Origin: Octopus vulgaris
Taxonomy: Eukaryota
Assembly: GCA_951406725.2 (NCBI GenBank)
Contig: OX597815.1
Span: 14,508,001-14,572,000, forward strand
DNA length: 64,000 nt
Direction: 5' to 3'
A program made the translations under genes and the position numbers. The notes below the pieces were generated by a model. The model made no database searches. It had not been told where the DNA came from and was given only the letters and a program-made list of their open reading frames with translations. How positions within the stretch are numbered: position 1 is the first letter of the stretch; every line of letters begins with the position of its first letter. This document shows positions 1 to 14,340 of the stretch, piece after piece.

Positions 1-243
1 ACGAAATGCCTATTTCTCTACTACCCACAAGGGGCTAAACACAGAGGGGACAAACAAGGAAAGACAAACAGATTAAGTCGATTACATCGACCCCAGTGCG
101 TAACTGGTACTTATTCAATCGACCCCGAAAGGATGAAAGGCAAAGTCGACCTCAGCGGAATTTGAACTCAGAACGTAGCGGCAGACGAAATACCGCTAAG
201 CATTTCGCCCGGCGTGCTAACGTTTCTGCCAGCTCGCCGCCTT
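1..243 (-). mobile_element. tRNA-derived SINE family 1 (end of a concatemer cut by the window edge)
   Basis: Minus strand reads GGCGGCGAGCTGGCAGAAACGTTAGC (box A-like), GAGTTCAAATTCC (box B), GCCTTTCATCCTTTCGGGGTCG and a tail ending AGAAATAG. More than 15 related copies occur in the window. Confidence 0.9.
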
Positions 244-313
244 ACAAAATACCGCTAAGCATTTTGTTCGACGCTCTGAAAGCTATGCTAGCTCGCCGTC
301 TTAATAATAACGG

Positions 314-640
314 TATTGATTTCTAATATAGGCACAAGGCCAGCAGTTTTAGGGGAGAAGATTTTAGTCGCTAGCAGTCTAGTACTTTATTTTATCAACC
401 CCAAAGGAACGAAAGGCAAAGTGTAACTCGACAGGATTTGAACTCAGAACATAAAGAACCGTAACAAATACTGCAAAGCATTTTATCCGGCTCTCTGTTC
501 TGTGATTTAGGAGCAAGACCAGCAATTCCGATGGGGGTGAGTTAGCCGATGCCATCGACCTCAGTACGTGAGTAGTTACTTTATTTTATCGACTCTTATA
601 TGGTGAAAGACGAAGCTGAAGGGATTTGAACTGAAAACGA
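314..640 (-). mobile_element. Two older diverged SINE family 1 relatives
   Basis: Diverged GGCACAAGGCCAGCA, GAAAGGCAAAG and ATTTGAACTCAGAAC motifs. Confidence 0.6.
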
Positions 641-725
641 TAAAAGAGGGTCGGCAGTTATGGTTCGGATGGTAGGGGTTCTGGTTATGGTGGCTATGGT
701 GGTGCTGGCGGTATTTGAACTCAAA

Positions 726-957
726 GGCGGCGAGCTGGCAGAAACGTTAGCACGCCGGGCGAAATGCTTAGCGCTATTTCGTCTGCCGTTACGTTCTGAG
801 TTCAAATTCCACCGAGGTCGACTTTGCCTTTCATCCTTTCGGGGTCGATAAATTAAGTACCAGTTACGCACTGGGGATCGATGTAATCGACTTAATACCT
901 ACGTCTGTCCTTGTTTGTCCCCTCTATGTTAAGCCCCTTGTGGGTAATAAAGAAATA
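726..957 (+). mobile_element. SINE family 1, full length
   Basis: Head to tail intact; flanked by direct repeat GGTATTTGAACTCAAA (710-725 / 958-973). Confidence 0.92.
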
Positions 958-1296
958 GGTATTTGAACTCAAATCAACTGACATGTAAATCTACCAATGG
1001 GAGACATACAACCCATCCTATTTGCTTCCACACGGTTTCCGTCGTCTCATTTGCACTCACGATGATAGGGTTTACCCACACATATGATAAAAAGAAATTG
1101 AGCAAAGTACGGCGATGCGATATCGAATGTGAACCTCACCATTGCGAAGCTAGGCACAGAGCTATATTTGCATCTAATATTTTGCGACTGATGAGTCAAT
1201 AGAAACAGCTATTGGAATAACTAAATAGACTGTAGTTGCTAATTTTACCAATTTATCAGTTTCTTATAGTCAACTCCTATTAGTGGGGCTTTGCGT

Positions 1297-1408
<112 letters not shown>

Positions 1409-2232
1409 TCAATGAAATCGACTGCCCACTTTCCTAAATTGGACATTTGTTGAAGTGAGAAACTGTTCTTTCTTTCAACGTTATCATTGGCGGTGGCGTC
1501 GTTATCACCATCATCATCATCATCACTATCATCATCATCATCACCATCATCATCATCAACAACAACAGCAACATCCTACTCAGAGAGCACAAATATCAAA
1601 ACATTTATATAAGAATGTAATTATCGCAAGCGAGAAAAAAAAAAAAAAGAGATTTTCCATAATTAATTATAATTAAATTAATATAAATTTCGGTTTGCAA
1701 TTTTCTTTGCGGTTTTTCTACTTAATCATTCAATTCTGTTGCTAAACCAATTTCTGCAATTTTCTCTCTTTCATTCCCTACCCACTCCAATTTCTTCCAA
1801 CTCTGTAATTTCTGCAACAAGCCTCATTAAAGGTTAAACGCCGGCTAACAGGAATCTTACGTTGATAATAAAAAGGTAGATTGTCGTTATCTCAAACATA
1901 ACAGCCAGCCAACCACAGTAGCGATTAGACGAAAAATATATATCACTGGTCCATTAATGGTTTTGGCTTGAGCAAGCAAATATGGGAAGCAACTTCGAAA
2001 ATGCGGTCAGATCTGAAGAGGAACGGTCTCAACCAAGTCTGAAACCATGCTCAAAGCACGCTGTATATTACGATGGTAGTCGTACGACACGATCAAGGAC
2101 TCAAGATCCTATGGTATAACATTGCATACACACAAGTCACCGTATCTGAGACACCAACTTTCTTTGAACAGCTTGGCGCGCCTGACTCGCCTGGCTGTAC
2201 ATTGGTACCACATAGTGATATGTCTATAATCT

Positions 2233-2851
2233 TTCCTAATAAAGGCACGAGGCCTGAATTTTTTATTTCGGAAGTAGGTGGTGGGACTAGGTGATTTCAC
2301 CGACCCCAGTATTTGACTGGTACTTAATTTATTGACCCCGAGAGAATGAAAGGTAAACTTGACCTCGGCGGTATTTGAACTCAGAGCAGAAGGACAGATG
2401 CAATACCGCTAAGCAGTTCGCCCGACGTGCTAACGATCCTTATTTCTGTATTACCCACAAGGGGCTAAACACAGAGGGGACAAACAAGGACAGACAAACA
2501 GATTAAGTCGATTATATCGACTCCAGTGCGTAATTGGTACTTATTTAATCGACCCCGAAAGGATGAAAGGTAAAGTCAACCTCGACGGAATTTGAACTCA
2601 GAACGTAACGGCAGACGAAACACCTATTTCTTTACTACCCACAAGGGGCTAAAACACAGACAGGACAAACAAGGACAGACAAACAGATTAAGTCGATTAC
2701 ATCGACCCCAGCGCGTAACTGGTACTTAATTTATCGACCCCGAAAGGATGAAAGGCAAAGTCGACCTCGGCGGAATTTGAACTCACAACGTAACGGCAGA
2801 CGAAATACCGCTTGGTATTTCGCCCGGCGTGCTAACGTTTCTGCTAGCTCG
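2233..2851 (-). mobile_element. Older SINE1 copy followed by a SINE1 dimer
   Basis: Dimer at 2439-2851 with internal junction at about 2623 (GACGAAACAC|CTATTTC). Confidence 0.88.
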
Positions 2852-3933
2852 TCTTGATTGCGTCTATTATGTCTTGCAGCTGCTATTTACAAACATTTCG
2901 TTGCGGGCTTTGATTCGCTTTTCCTTCAGTATTTGTACTATGACTTAATCACTTAAATAATCAATTCTAGATGTAGGATTATCCCTATCACTACAAAAAA
3001 GACCCTATACTCCTATAAACCATATATATAATCCTGCAGAATTATGAACACAAAAAAGGAACAGCTATTAACAGCTAAAAAATTGTAAACTAGGGTATTG
3101 CTGTTTAGTCAGACCGGCTGCTGCTTCTGTTGCTGCCGTTGCTGCTGATGATGATGATGTTGCCGCTGCTGATACTGATGCTGAAAATCATCCCAGATCC
3201 AGTGGACTTTTGATTAACGATTCATTCCAGTCATGATCGTATGATTTCTATAGTATTTCTAGAATTACATTATCCAACGTCTCCATTGTTTAGGATGGTG
3301 TGGTTTTATGTCATGTTAATTTGGCTTCCATTTCTAGCAGATCAATCAATAACGTAGAGCTCCCACCGCGCTATTAGGACTAAATAGGAAGTAGACTGGT
3401 GTTCCATGAATATCTAAACGTTCACAAACTGCCAGATAAAATGGTTGAGTGGATTCGATAATTGACTGCTAACTTAGTGGAAAGTCATGAATTCGTGTCA
3501 ACTTTGAACATTTCCCTCTGTATTTAGATAGATTACACTTATTTGTAGATGTTTCCAATTGATATAACTATCAAATCACCTGATAATATTATATACTGCT
3601 GACGTGAATCCGTAGGTCAGCCTGATCCAGAAGATCCTTAGCTTCTTTTGTGATAACACATTTTGACTGTTATTTGTAACAGGTCGAGCAGCCACCTACA
3701 ACAGCAGTTCTAAGTTGGAGTCCGCAGAAATCTGTGGTTTTGCAAAGTAAATACTAAGAAATTCCGTTTGTTGAATAGATACACCTTTCAAAAGCCTGAA
3801 TTCTGTTGAAAACTTAATTTAAGTAATAGGGTCCTTGGTAGAGAAGACCTTGGGAGTCACAAACGTGAGGTACCCTCGTTCTCCCGGGCAATATCACATC
3901 GATAACACTGATATTCTATCTAGGAGAAGACTT

Positions 3934-4317
3934 GAATCTTTTCGGTTTGAACGGCAGTTTTTAACATAATTTCTAGGTAACTAAAAAATTTTAAACTTCG
4001 TATACTGGTAGAATGTGTTTATAAAACATCTCTTTCTCTTGGCTGTATTGAGAAAATTCTATAGTTTGTAAGATATTTGTTGTTGTTTTTTCTTCAATTT
4101 CTGCAATTTCAACCAATCAGTGACGTCTATTGAGGTAAATAACATTCTGTGCAGATTGAGTTTATTTGCATTTCTGAAGAAAAAAAGATACCCTTCCCCT
4201 CACCCCTAACCCTAAAACTGATTGAAATGCAATAGATCGATACTAGGGTCATAATTGTGGGTGACAATTTCATATGACACCGCTAGAAAAAAACTGCCGT
4301 TCAAACCAAAAAGATCC
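3934..4317. mobile_element. MITE, Merlin/Mutator-like (copy 1)
   Basis: TIRs GAATCTTTTCGGTTTGAACGGCAGTTTTT / AAAAACTGCCGTTCAAACCAAAAAGATCC; 8-bp TSD GAAGACTT (3926-3933 / 4318-4325); second copy at 21344. Confidence 0.88.
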
Positions 4318-5289
4318 GAAGACTTACCACGCAACATTTTAATGCCTTAAAAGTAAAGTTAAGTTGATAACTCTTAAGATGACACCAAGGCTACTGGGCT
4401 ACTTTTCACTTCATTTAAGCATTATATGTCATCCCTTAAACGTCAAATACATTTCCCTTCGTCACAACACACATCAACGTAACATCTTGCTTGTACTCTA
4501 GTAACTCGTATGTTGGCGGCTACTATTACTAAGTTCTTCAAGTTCCATCAATTATATCTAGCCACTGTCATCTTTTAATTCACCGAAAGAAACGTTCAAT
4601 TGTCCTCTAACCCTTTACACTGACAAAACTATTGTTTGTTCACCGAGACTTTCAGTTCTTTTGCAACAAAGATTCTATCAAGATGGCGTTGACGACGTTT
4701 GAATTCAATGATAAAAATTCAATGATAAAAATCTGAAAGACACTGTTTAGCATTCCACTTGGAATTCAACAAACATTGGCGACGGTTTCTGATATGTCTG
4801 TCAGAAATTTGAAAGAGACGATGCATTCTCCTGTAAAATGCTCCTATCAAAATTAGCTTCAACAAGATGAAAGCCACACTGCCTCATATTTTCTAGCTTT
4901 TCATTCTCTCAAATAAGTTTACCTTTCTCTTTGTGAGTTTATCTCCCTTTCTCTCTATAACTAAGTACATATATACATACATACACGGACGCGCACAATA
5001 TCTGTATATCTAGTTATTTCTTTTTCTCGATCTATCTGTCTATATATCTATCTAACTGTCTATCTATCTACCTATTCCATCTCTCTATTAATCTTTCCAC
5101 CGAACTATCACTGAATATCCTTATCAATCACATTATCTACATATCTGCATTCAACTTTCTATCGCCCTTATTATTTATCTCCTCCTTTCCCACCTCATTT
5201 TCTTTCTCGCTTTTCTCCTTACACCGCCTTCTTTTCTCATTCTCCTCCTTAATTCTTTCTTTCTTTTTCGTTTTCATTTCCTCACACCA

Positions 5290-5960
<671 letters not shown>

Positions 5961-6626
5961 AAGCGAGATAAATAGAACTCAATATGTATAAACCAGAGTA
6001 TTTGTATTTCCTAAGTTAGCCGAAGAATTGTAGTAACCCAAAAGCCTAGAGTTTCCTGCCAATACATTTAATATATTTAACATTGGCAGGAAACTCTTGC
6101 ACCATGAACGCAATACACCCTCGCTTAATATGTGCGTTTGTGCGTGAAAGAGGAGAGAGAGAGAATGTGTCTTTGAGAGAGGGAGAGAAGGCAAGTTATC
6201 TGATGTAGAACAAGATTCGTTATGATTCATACACACTGCAGCAAAGTGATGGTCGTAAAAAGGCTGAAAACGCCGCAACAATTGATTCTCGTGAATATAT
6301 CTATATGCTACTGTTAATTTGAGCATTTTTGCTTTGGCCTCGACAGTGAGATAACGGCATGTGATATTTCAGGACTTCTATAATATGTTTTTTATTAAAA
6401 CTATGTCCTGGATTTTCAAATCTGATCCAATTTTCTTGATCCGATGTTTGAGCATAACCTCAAACACTACGTTAAGGCGTGTGTGTGTGTGTGTGTATGT
6501 GTGTGTGTGTGTATGTGTGTGTGCCTGTGGTTGCCTTTGTGTGTCTGTGAGTGTGCATGCATATGTGTACATATACGTATATAAAAACATCTATATATAC
6601 ATATTGATAGAGAGAGAGAGAAGTAG

Positions 6627-6845
<219 letters not shown>

Positions 6846-7286
6846 TGTATATATGTATATCCATAAGCATGGTGTCTTTATGTAGATATATTATTGATGG
6901 ACAGATACACAGATAGACAGATAAAAAAAAAACAGACAAATAGGCAGAGGGAGAGACTGAGGCAGAAAAAGAGAGAAATATTTACATATACTTGTTCTGT
7001 TTTATGTTGTATTGCCTTTCTCTGACATAATTTATCTGAATTATTTCCTGAGAATGCTGCATGCTGAATGAGTTAAAATGTAGAGCTGAAAATACAAAAA
7101 CATGAGTGTTAAATTTTCCTGTAGCCGCAATATAACAAACATAAAGACAGTACCTATGTTTACTGACGTCATCCAAATCTTTAAATCTTTCAATTGCAGC
7201 AATGCTAACCAAACCGCGCCCAACTCTTCGAAGTAGCTGTCTTTAGGTGTAGGCGCTTCCAGTTAGTTTTCTTTCTTTATATTTAA

Positions 7287-7688
7287 CTAGCAGTATCGCC
7301 CGGCGTTGCTCGGGTTTGTAAGGGAAATAACTATATAAGCATTTTTAGAGATGTAAAGTATAAAGTATAATAGCCATCTCAATATGGCTAAACACAAAGG
7401 GGGGTGTTACTGTAGCTTTTTACGTTCTGAGATTTAATAATAAATTTTTAGAGAGTTACTTCCCTTATATATGCCAAAAATGCATTAAAAGTGGGAAAAA
7501 TTGATGGTAAATTTTTTTTTTACTCGTAGACTCATCGTAGACGCGCGCTAATACCCAGAAGGGCTTGGTATGAATCACGACCATAAGATACCCGGTTTTG
7601 GTTAAACTGCACCGCAAAATGTGGGAGTAGTTAGGAATCTAAATCGTAGGAGACAGACAGCACACAACCTCACTTTTATATATAAAGA
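7287..7688 (-). mobile_element. Non-autonomous Helitron (family A)
   Basis: Minus strand A|TCTTTATATATAAAAG ... hairpin CCCGAGCAACGCCGGG ... CTGCTAG|T; no TSD; 3' end shared with the elements at 11736 and 51936. Confidence 0.8.
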
Positions 7689-7850
7689 TAGTCAGATGAA
7701 CGTTCTGCTACACTCCGTGCACTGATGATCTGAGGATGTATTGTATTGTATTGTCATTGCTTATTAGTAACATCAAAATATTTCTATATTATATATGTGC
7801 GAGTAGATATGTATTCATACATACGTACATGTCTGTGTGTGTTGTGCGTG

Positions 7851-7917
<67 letters not shown>

Positions 7918-8825
7918 GTGTGTGTTATGTGTGTAAACCAGTGTCATGCGGTGGTTACTGTTGCAGGAGAACCCCGTGACAAGTCTAAATAAAACCAGCG
8001 AAAGTGAAATCTTTTCCTGACGCATGAATAACCCACTACAAACTTATGAACACAATTTTCCACTGTTCAGATCACAGTAATAAAAGATATGCGTTTTAAA
8101 AAAAAATTCACATAACACTATAACAGTATAGTATTTATGATCAAAGTCAATAAATTCTGTCATATAAAAAATGCTAAAAATCGATTATTGTAAACAACAG
8201 TTGGCTTTCTTACGTCATATGTCCCCCAGACTTCGACCTGGTTTAAACAATGTTTCTGTCTATGTGTTATTGCGTTTAAAAGAAACTTACAACCAGATAA
8301 TGATATTGTAAGAACATATTATTGTAAAGAAAACCAGTCTCAGTTATTGAATTTGCAATTAATTAATTTATAATTAAAACATCCTCCCCCCGGTGAAAAC
8401 GAACACGACATTTATGCTTAGTAGAGTTGAAAGTCCTTTATTTTTATATCCCTCGTCCATTATCTCGTCCTTCTCCACGTTCCATATAAGGAAACAGATA
8501 TCCATTGGGTGTGCATGTGCTACGCTTGAACGACTGACACAAGGCTTCACAACAGGGGACAGAATATATATTAGCGTCCTGTTATAAACCCATGATTACA
8601 TTACTGTTAAACTTATGTTTATACTACATTCACTCTCTGGTGGATGTGTAGTGTTCTGAATATGTTATTCAGCGCTCTAAATACTTGGCTCTAATGTGTG
8701 TGTGAGAGAGAGAGACAAGAGGGACTAGTGAAACATGCGTAAGATTATGTAACTCAGAACGTTGTTATAAAAACTGTTAAATCAAATTTCCTGCTATATT
8801 CCTCTCTTCAATATATGTGAGTGTG

Positions 8826-8861
<36 letters not shown>

Positions 8862-9149
8862 CACTCACACTCACTCATACTCACACGCACACGCTAATGT
8901 CAAACAGTGACAATGCGTACGCAATACCGCACGGCTGGATACATATTCATTTTTTGTGGGTCAGCAAGGCATCCAATGGTTTTATGTGAAGCTATCTTCA
9001 CGGTTGTTCAAGCATATCACATGGTTGTGTTGCTACTCGTCTCCATTCTGGAATGGAAGCGAGTACTAGCACTTCTCTGTGGTACACTCGAACAACTGTC
9101 ATTTTCTCTTCACGTGAAACCCACTTAAGCTTGTGCTATACATTTCATT

Positions 9150-9400
9150 TTCTCTAAGCATAGTAAAACTTAAGTTAGTTTATTTGGTCCATAAAGGACA
9201 GACACACTAGCTTTGATATGAAATGGGAAATTATAGGCAGGGCTAGAGCCTTACGTAATTGGAGGCAAGAAATGCAATTTATGCTTCGAAGAAATATTCC
9301 ATATTCTCACCTCTAAATACAAGTTATTGAATAGTAAACCGGAATTAGCGCTAAAGCGTGTGCACCTCCACAGGAAAACAGTCAAATATTTCTCAAGCAA
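9150..9400 (+). pseudogene. Penelope-like retroelement remnant (GIY-YIG C-terminal part)
   Basis: Frameshifted translation FIWSIKDRHTSFDMKWEIIGRA..GGKKCNLCFEEIFHIL..LLNSKPEL resembles the PLE IW.LK..KW.I..CNLC..E..LLN...E motif. Confidence 0.7.
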
Positions 9401-10253
9401 ATATTTTTAACAAAATAAGTATTATGGAAATTGGAGGTACTAGAGTTTACATATAAATATATTAGTGCAGTATTTGGTTTGCCTATATCCTAGTAGCAAT
9501 TCTTCATCAATTAATTAGTATTCTTCGTATGTATCACTTCACATACGGAATATTTTTATCATTTGCCTAGGAGGAAGTTATCTACATGAAAACTTAGGGT
9601 TGATTTGAATAGCTAAAAAATTGGATTTCACTTTAGGTGGAAGTATCCTAACATACTGCGTACAATACCCTGACCTTACATGCAAATTCTGTTTATTTCG
9701 TATTTCTATAATTATATTTCACTTAGTGAACTTTAATTATATACATCTGTCACTGAAACTTATTCCTTTTACTTCACTTAAGGCTAGAGAATAAAATATA
9801 CTCTGACCTTGTTTAGGATCTGCCATTCATAATTGGAAATTCAAACCTTAGGGTCAATTTCATAACCGATGTTATGGCCGTATCAGGTTTCTAAATAGTT
9901 TTCTCTCGTTTTTACTTATTTATTTATTTTTGCTCGAAAACTATTGTCCCCCACCAAATATAATTTTATAATTTTATCTAAACCATAATACTTCATTTCT
10001 CTTCAAAGTATAATAGTGGCAACACTTTCAATAAAGCTGCGGGAAATTTTAACCAAATGTACAGGCTGAGTACAAATGTAAGCCACATTGTGACATATCC
10101 ATGCAGCAGAAACATGTTGGACAGATTTAAATTAAATAAGCTGTATAATTGACTGTAATAATAGAAAGTGTGTAGATGTATCATTCTCCTTATTTATTTG
10201 AAATAGTCTTATACATACATACACACATACATACATACATACATACATACATG

Positions 10254-10540
10254 AGTCGCCATGATAGATCGTTAACCACTACACACATTTTTTCTCTCCT
10301 TGTTTCTCCCCTTTTTTCTCTCCTTTTTTCTCTCCTGTTTTTCTCTCCTTGTTTCTCTCCTTTTTCTCTCCTTTTTTCTCTCCTTGTTTCTCTCCTTGTT
10401 TTTTTCTGTGTCCCTTTCTGTAGAAGAGCGTAGGCTCGAAACGTAAAAGACTTTTTTCAATTCCTCAGCGTTATACTAATACATCTATTTGTTTTGTACA
10501 CCACCTGTCTTCGTCTTTTGTTTTTTTCGTAAACTCTCCC
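10254..10540 (+). mobile_element. Hammerhead-containing mini-element (family H1) between (TACA)n arrays
   Basis: Homologous to 30114-30320 in the opposite orientation; internal TTTTCTCTCC tandem expansion; hammerhead motif at 10414-10449. Confidence 0.75.
10414..10449 (+). ncRNA. Minimal type-I hammerhead ribozyme motif, variant core CUGUAGA
   Basis: CTTT-CTGTAGA-A-GAGC(GTAG)GCTC-GAAA-CG-TA-AAAG: stem I CTTT/AAAG, stem II GAGC/GCTC, palindromic stem III ACGT, UA site. Confidence 0.65.
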
Positions 10541-11511
10541 TACATACATACATACATACATACATACATACATACATACATACATACATACATACATACA
10601 TACATACATACATACATACGTACGTACGTACGTACATACATACATACATACATGTTTATAAATAGGCACACACAAACCTCACAAAGTACATAATTTTAAC
10701 ATTTTTGCATTGAACGTAAAACGGATTTCTCTTTGCTGATCTTTACACGGTTCGTATATGTTCGCAAGTTTTTTCTTTCCCGTCGTTTCTCAACGATACT
10801 CTACAATCCGCATCCGCACGCTCAGATGCATAACACTTTTTTCGATGTTCCATAGGAGTCCGTGTCCTTCAAGATCAACCTGACAATATACCAATACTGA
10901 AGAGGAAATTAGACAGGTCATAGCCACGTAAAAATTAATAATCACTTTAAATACTTTCAAAGAGCCTCTGTGGATGTGTGTAGATTGTGTCTAACAAGTA
11001 AACTTCTGAAGATAAATTAATAGAGAAAAGTATCAGAATTTAAAAGATGATAGATATAGCGTCAAATGAACAATGACAGTCTGTGATTATACACTTGACT
11101 GACCACCGACTGTCAATTATCGATCGAGCAGAACTGGTTAATTACATAATTACTATGTCTTCTCTTATGTCACCTTGTTTGGCTGCGATCGTCATTTATA
11201 CAAAAGGTTATCGATCGACATCACTGTCACGGTCTTAAACGGTCATCATCATCATCATCATCATCATCTTCATCAACACCATCATCACTGTTGTATTTTA
11301 CTTTTACTACTCTGCACTTTTGAATCGGTGTAACAATAAATTTATAGGTATACATACACATACACATACATACATATACATACATTCACACCCTGCGGCA
11401 TACACACGTATATACATACATTTATGTATATGTGTGTGTATGTAAAAGACACGAGTGCATATATGTGGGAAAATATATATGCTAGATAGGCAGACACACA
11501 CACATAAGTAC

Positions 11512-11547
<36 letters not shown>

Positions 11548-11590
11548 GTACTTATGTGTGTGTGTCTGCCTATCTAGCATATATATTTTC

Positions 11591-11624
<34 letters not shown>

Positions 11625-11735
11625 GTACTTATGTGTGTGTGTCTGCCTATCTAGCATATATATTTTCCCACATATATGCACCCGTGTCTTTTACATACAC
11701 ACACATATACATAAATGTATGTATATATATATATA

Positions 11736-12295
11736 CTAGCAGTATAGCTCGGCGTTGCACGGGTTTGTTTTTTAGTTGCGCTTAAAACAGAAGACTTTGA
11801 TGTCGCGTTTACAAAGTTTTGACATAGTTTCAATCTATGAATAAAAGTAGGGTGTGGTGATGCTCGAGTTTGCTCTGAATGTGCATTGGATCAGCTGATC
11901 CGTCGTTCGCTCAAAACCAATGACATCACAAAAAAATTCTTTTCGACCTTTTAGAATTGAAGTTTTTGAAAGGTAAAAATTTTGCATTATGTAGCTTGTT
12001 ATTCTCTTTAAGTAAACGTTTCTCTGATTGAAATACACCGAAAATTGGCGACAAAGCAGTCAAACAATCGTAAAAAATAGGGATTTCCATAGAAAAAAAA
12101 AGCACCTTTTTGATGTAAATAATTTTTGGTGTTAACATGGTCCGATTTTAGTTTTATCTTCTACAGAATGAAGAGCAAGCCTTCTTCTATCATACTCTCA
12201 ATTTTGGTCAACTTGCACCGCAGGGTCTCGGAGGAGATAGTGTTAGTTGAAGGCTACCAAACCTGCCATACACAGACAACTTCAGCTTTATATAT
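11736..12295 (-). mobile_element. Non-autonomous Helitron (family B, long form)
   Basis: 3' CTAG at 11736-11739 preceded by a hairpin; colinear with 51936-52328 plus an extra segment of about 170 bp. Confidence 0.8.
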
Positions 12296-13574
12296 GTGTG
12301 TGTGTGTGTGTGTGTCACTGTGTGCGTGAGTGCACGGTGGCGTGTGTGTGTGTGTTTGTGGATATGTGTGGGACACATCACCAATGCATTTAGATTAATA
12401 AGTCTCACAATAAGTTCCATGACTATTATCGGTTTATGCTTTTATATTGAACAATTCCGGGGCTGTTATACTCAACCCTTTTATTGCTTTGTATTTATTG
12501 TGGGCTTTCACTGCACATCTGAATGCTCCTCTCTCTGTCGCAGTTGTGTGCGGGGCTTTGTTTCCATTTCGTGCAATATTTGGTAATGCCACATTCTTCA
12601 TGCTATGTAAGTGTATAACTGCTGGGAGACCGAATCTAAAATGTTTTAAGCATCCCAGTAGTTATAAACATGCTTAGCGTTTTCTATATACTGTGTGTAT
12701 ATGTAAACGCTGAGGTAATCGAAGTAATGCATGTATGTGTTCTGTATTCTCTGTACTGAAAAGTATGAAATGTTCGCGAGGAATTTAATTTCGCGAAATA
12801 TGCGAGGCTGACATATTCGCGAAAACAAATTCCGCGAAATTTAATTCCAAAAAGTCATAAGTTTCAGTCGTTTTCATAAAATTTTATGGGGATGAAACCT
12901 AAGGTAAGAAAATCAACGGTTCTTTATAATATGTTTATTTCAAATGAAAAAATATACAAAAATGTACAATCAATCTGTTAGAATTGCGACATTCAATGAA
13001 ATCATCTTCTTTATTTTGAACAACATTGAGTATACGAGTGTCTTTCCAACCTTGCAGCAAATTGTTTTTATGTTTAGATGTACAATCAAATGAGGACAAA
13101 TCCCATTTAGCATGCAATGGTTTTGCAATCGAGAGTTTTAAATCATAACATTATCTACAGATTTAACGGAATTTGACTTCATCTGCATACCATAAAGTGA
13201 ATTTTTGTTTTAATTGTTGTTTGGAAAAATCGATTACCACTAATAGTTTGCTTGTACATGAAACAGGAATGTGAAAAAAAAATTCAAGTCCTTGCGACTT
13301 GAGTGCAGACTTGATGGTTTCTGTCTGCTGAACTTTGAAGACATCTAAAAGGACAAGACCTTTCTGTGGAAGTGGGCGGTTGGGTTTTTGCCGTTGATCT
13401 TCGAAATATGGACCAAGGATGTTCTTAATGTAGATGCCCATAATGTTTACAGCAGTTCAGTGGCTTTTAGAATGAGTAATGTTCCAATCTTTGAGGAATT
13501 TGAATAAAGGATAACATAAGTCTTCTTTGGTAAATGAGTTGCGGGGGTAAAAATGTTCCAGTTGCTGATGTTCT

Positions 13575-13786
13575 TGTTGTTGTTGTTAAGCAACAAGACG
13601 GGTAAGGGTGATAAGGTGATGGTCTAGGGCTTAGGGGCGGGAGACCCCAGACCTTGGAAAAAATAAAAAATAAACTTTGGTCGTCTTGTTGTAGTCGAAG
13701 GCTCTTCGTTGACGCCCGACACCACTGGGAGGCGGCCCTCGAAGTCGCTGGAAATGGAGATCTCCAGGACCAAATTCTTGGACAGC
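13575..13786 (-). mobile_element. 5'-truncated non-LTR retroelement 3' fragment
   Basis: (AAC)n tail on the minus strand; 14-bp TSD GTTGCTGATGTTCT (13561-13574 / 13787-13800). Confidence 0.75.
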
Positions 13787-14340
13787 GTTGCTGATGTTCT
13801 GAGTACTGCAGTTATCTGGCGTTTGTTGTTGGCTCCGTATGTTGGTATTTGTTTGGCACCTTGCTGCTCTATAGTTCAATCTTTGACGGGATGATAGAAA
13901 GACTAGTCTGGTCAAAGTTGACGATCATAGATGGAGGGGTGGTTATGTTTTTCTTTGATAGTCTGTACACGATCGAGGAAGTCATCTTTAATGTTTTCCA
14001 AGTTTGATGGTGGGGTTTTTGCTACTTTTGGTGCCTTTGCGTTTGACGAAGCCCATGTGTTTCAGTATGGATTTATCCAATGAGCCGGAGATGTCGATGG
14101 AACCTCCGTATTCTTCGAGTTGTGTACGGTCTTGATTTTTCACGATGCCGAGAGCTGAAGCCATCACAATAGGTTTAGAAACTATCGAACCACTGTAACG
14201 AAGACTCTTGATATGATGTATTACATGATTGTCTGACGCGTTTTGCTTCTGGTAACTCAAATACATCATCAATGTTTTTAGTAGACTTTAATTTATTTTT
14301 CAATTTCTTGACGTAACCATGAACAGAAGATTCAGACACA

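Noticed and set aside
96-326. Recurrent ORFs starting MRNWYL..RPRKDERQSRP (also 596, 14175, 16296, 53478)
   Set aside because: These are antisense readings of SINE family 1, not a gene family.
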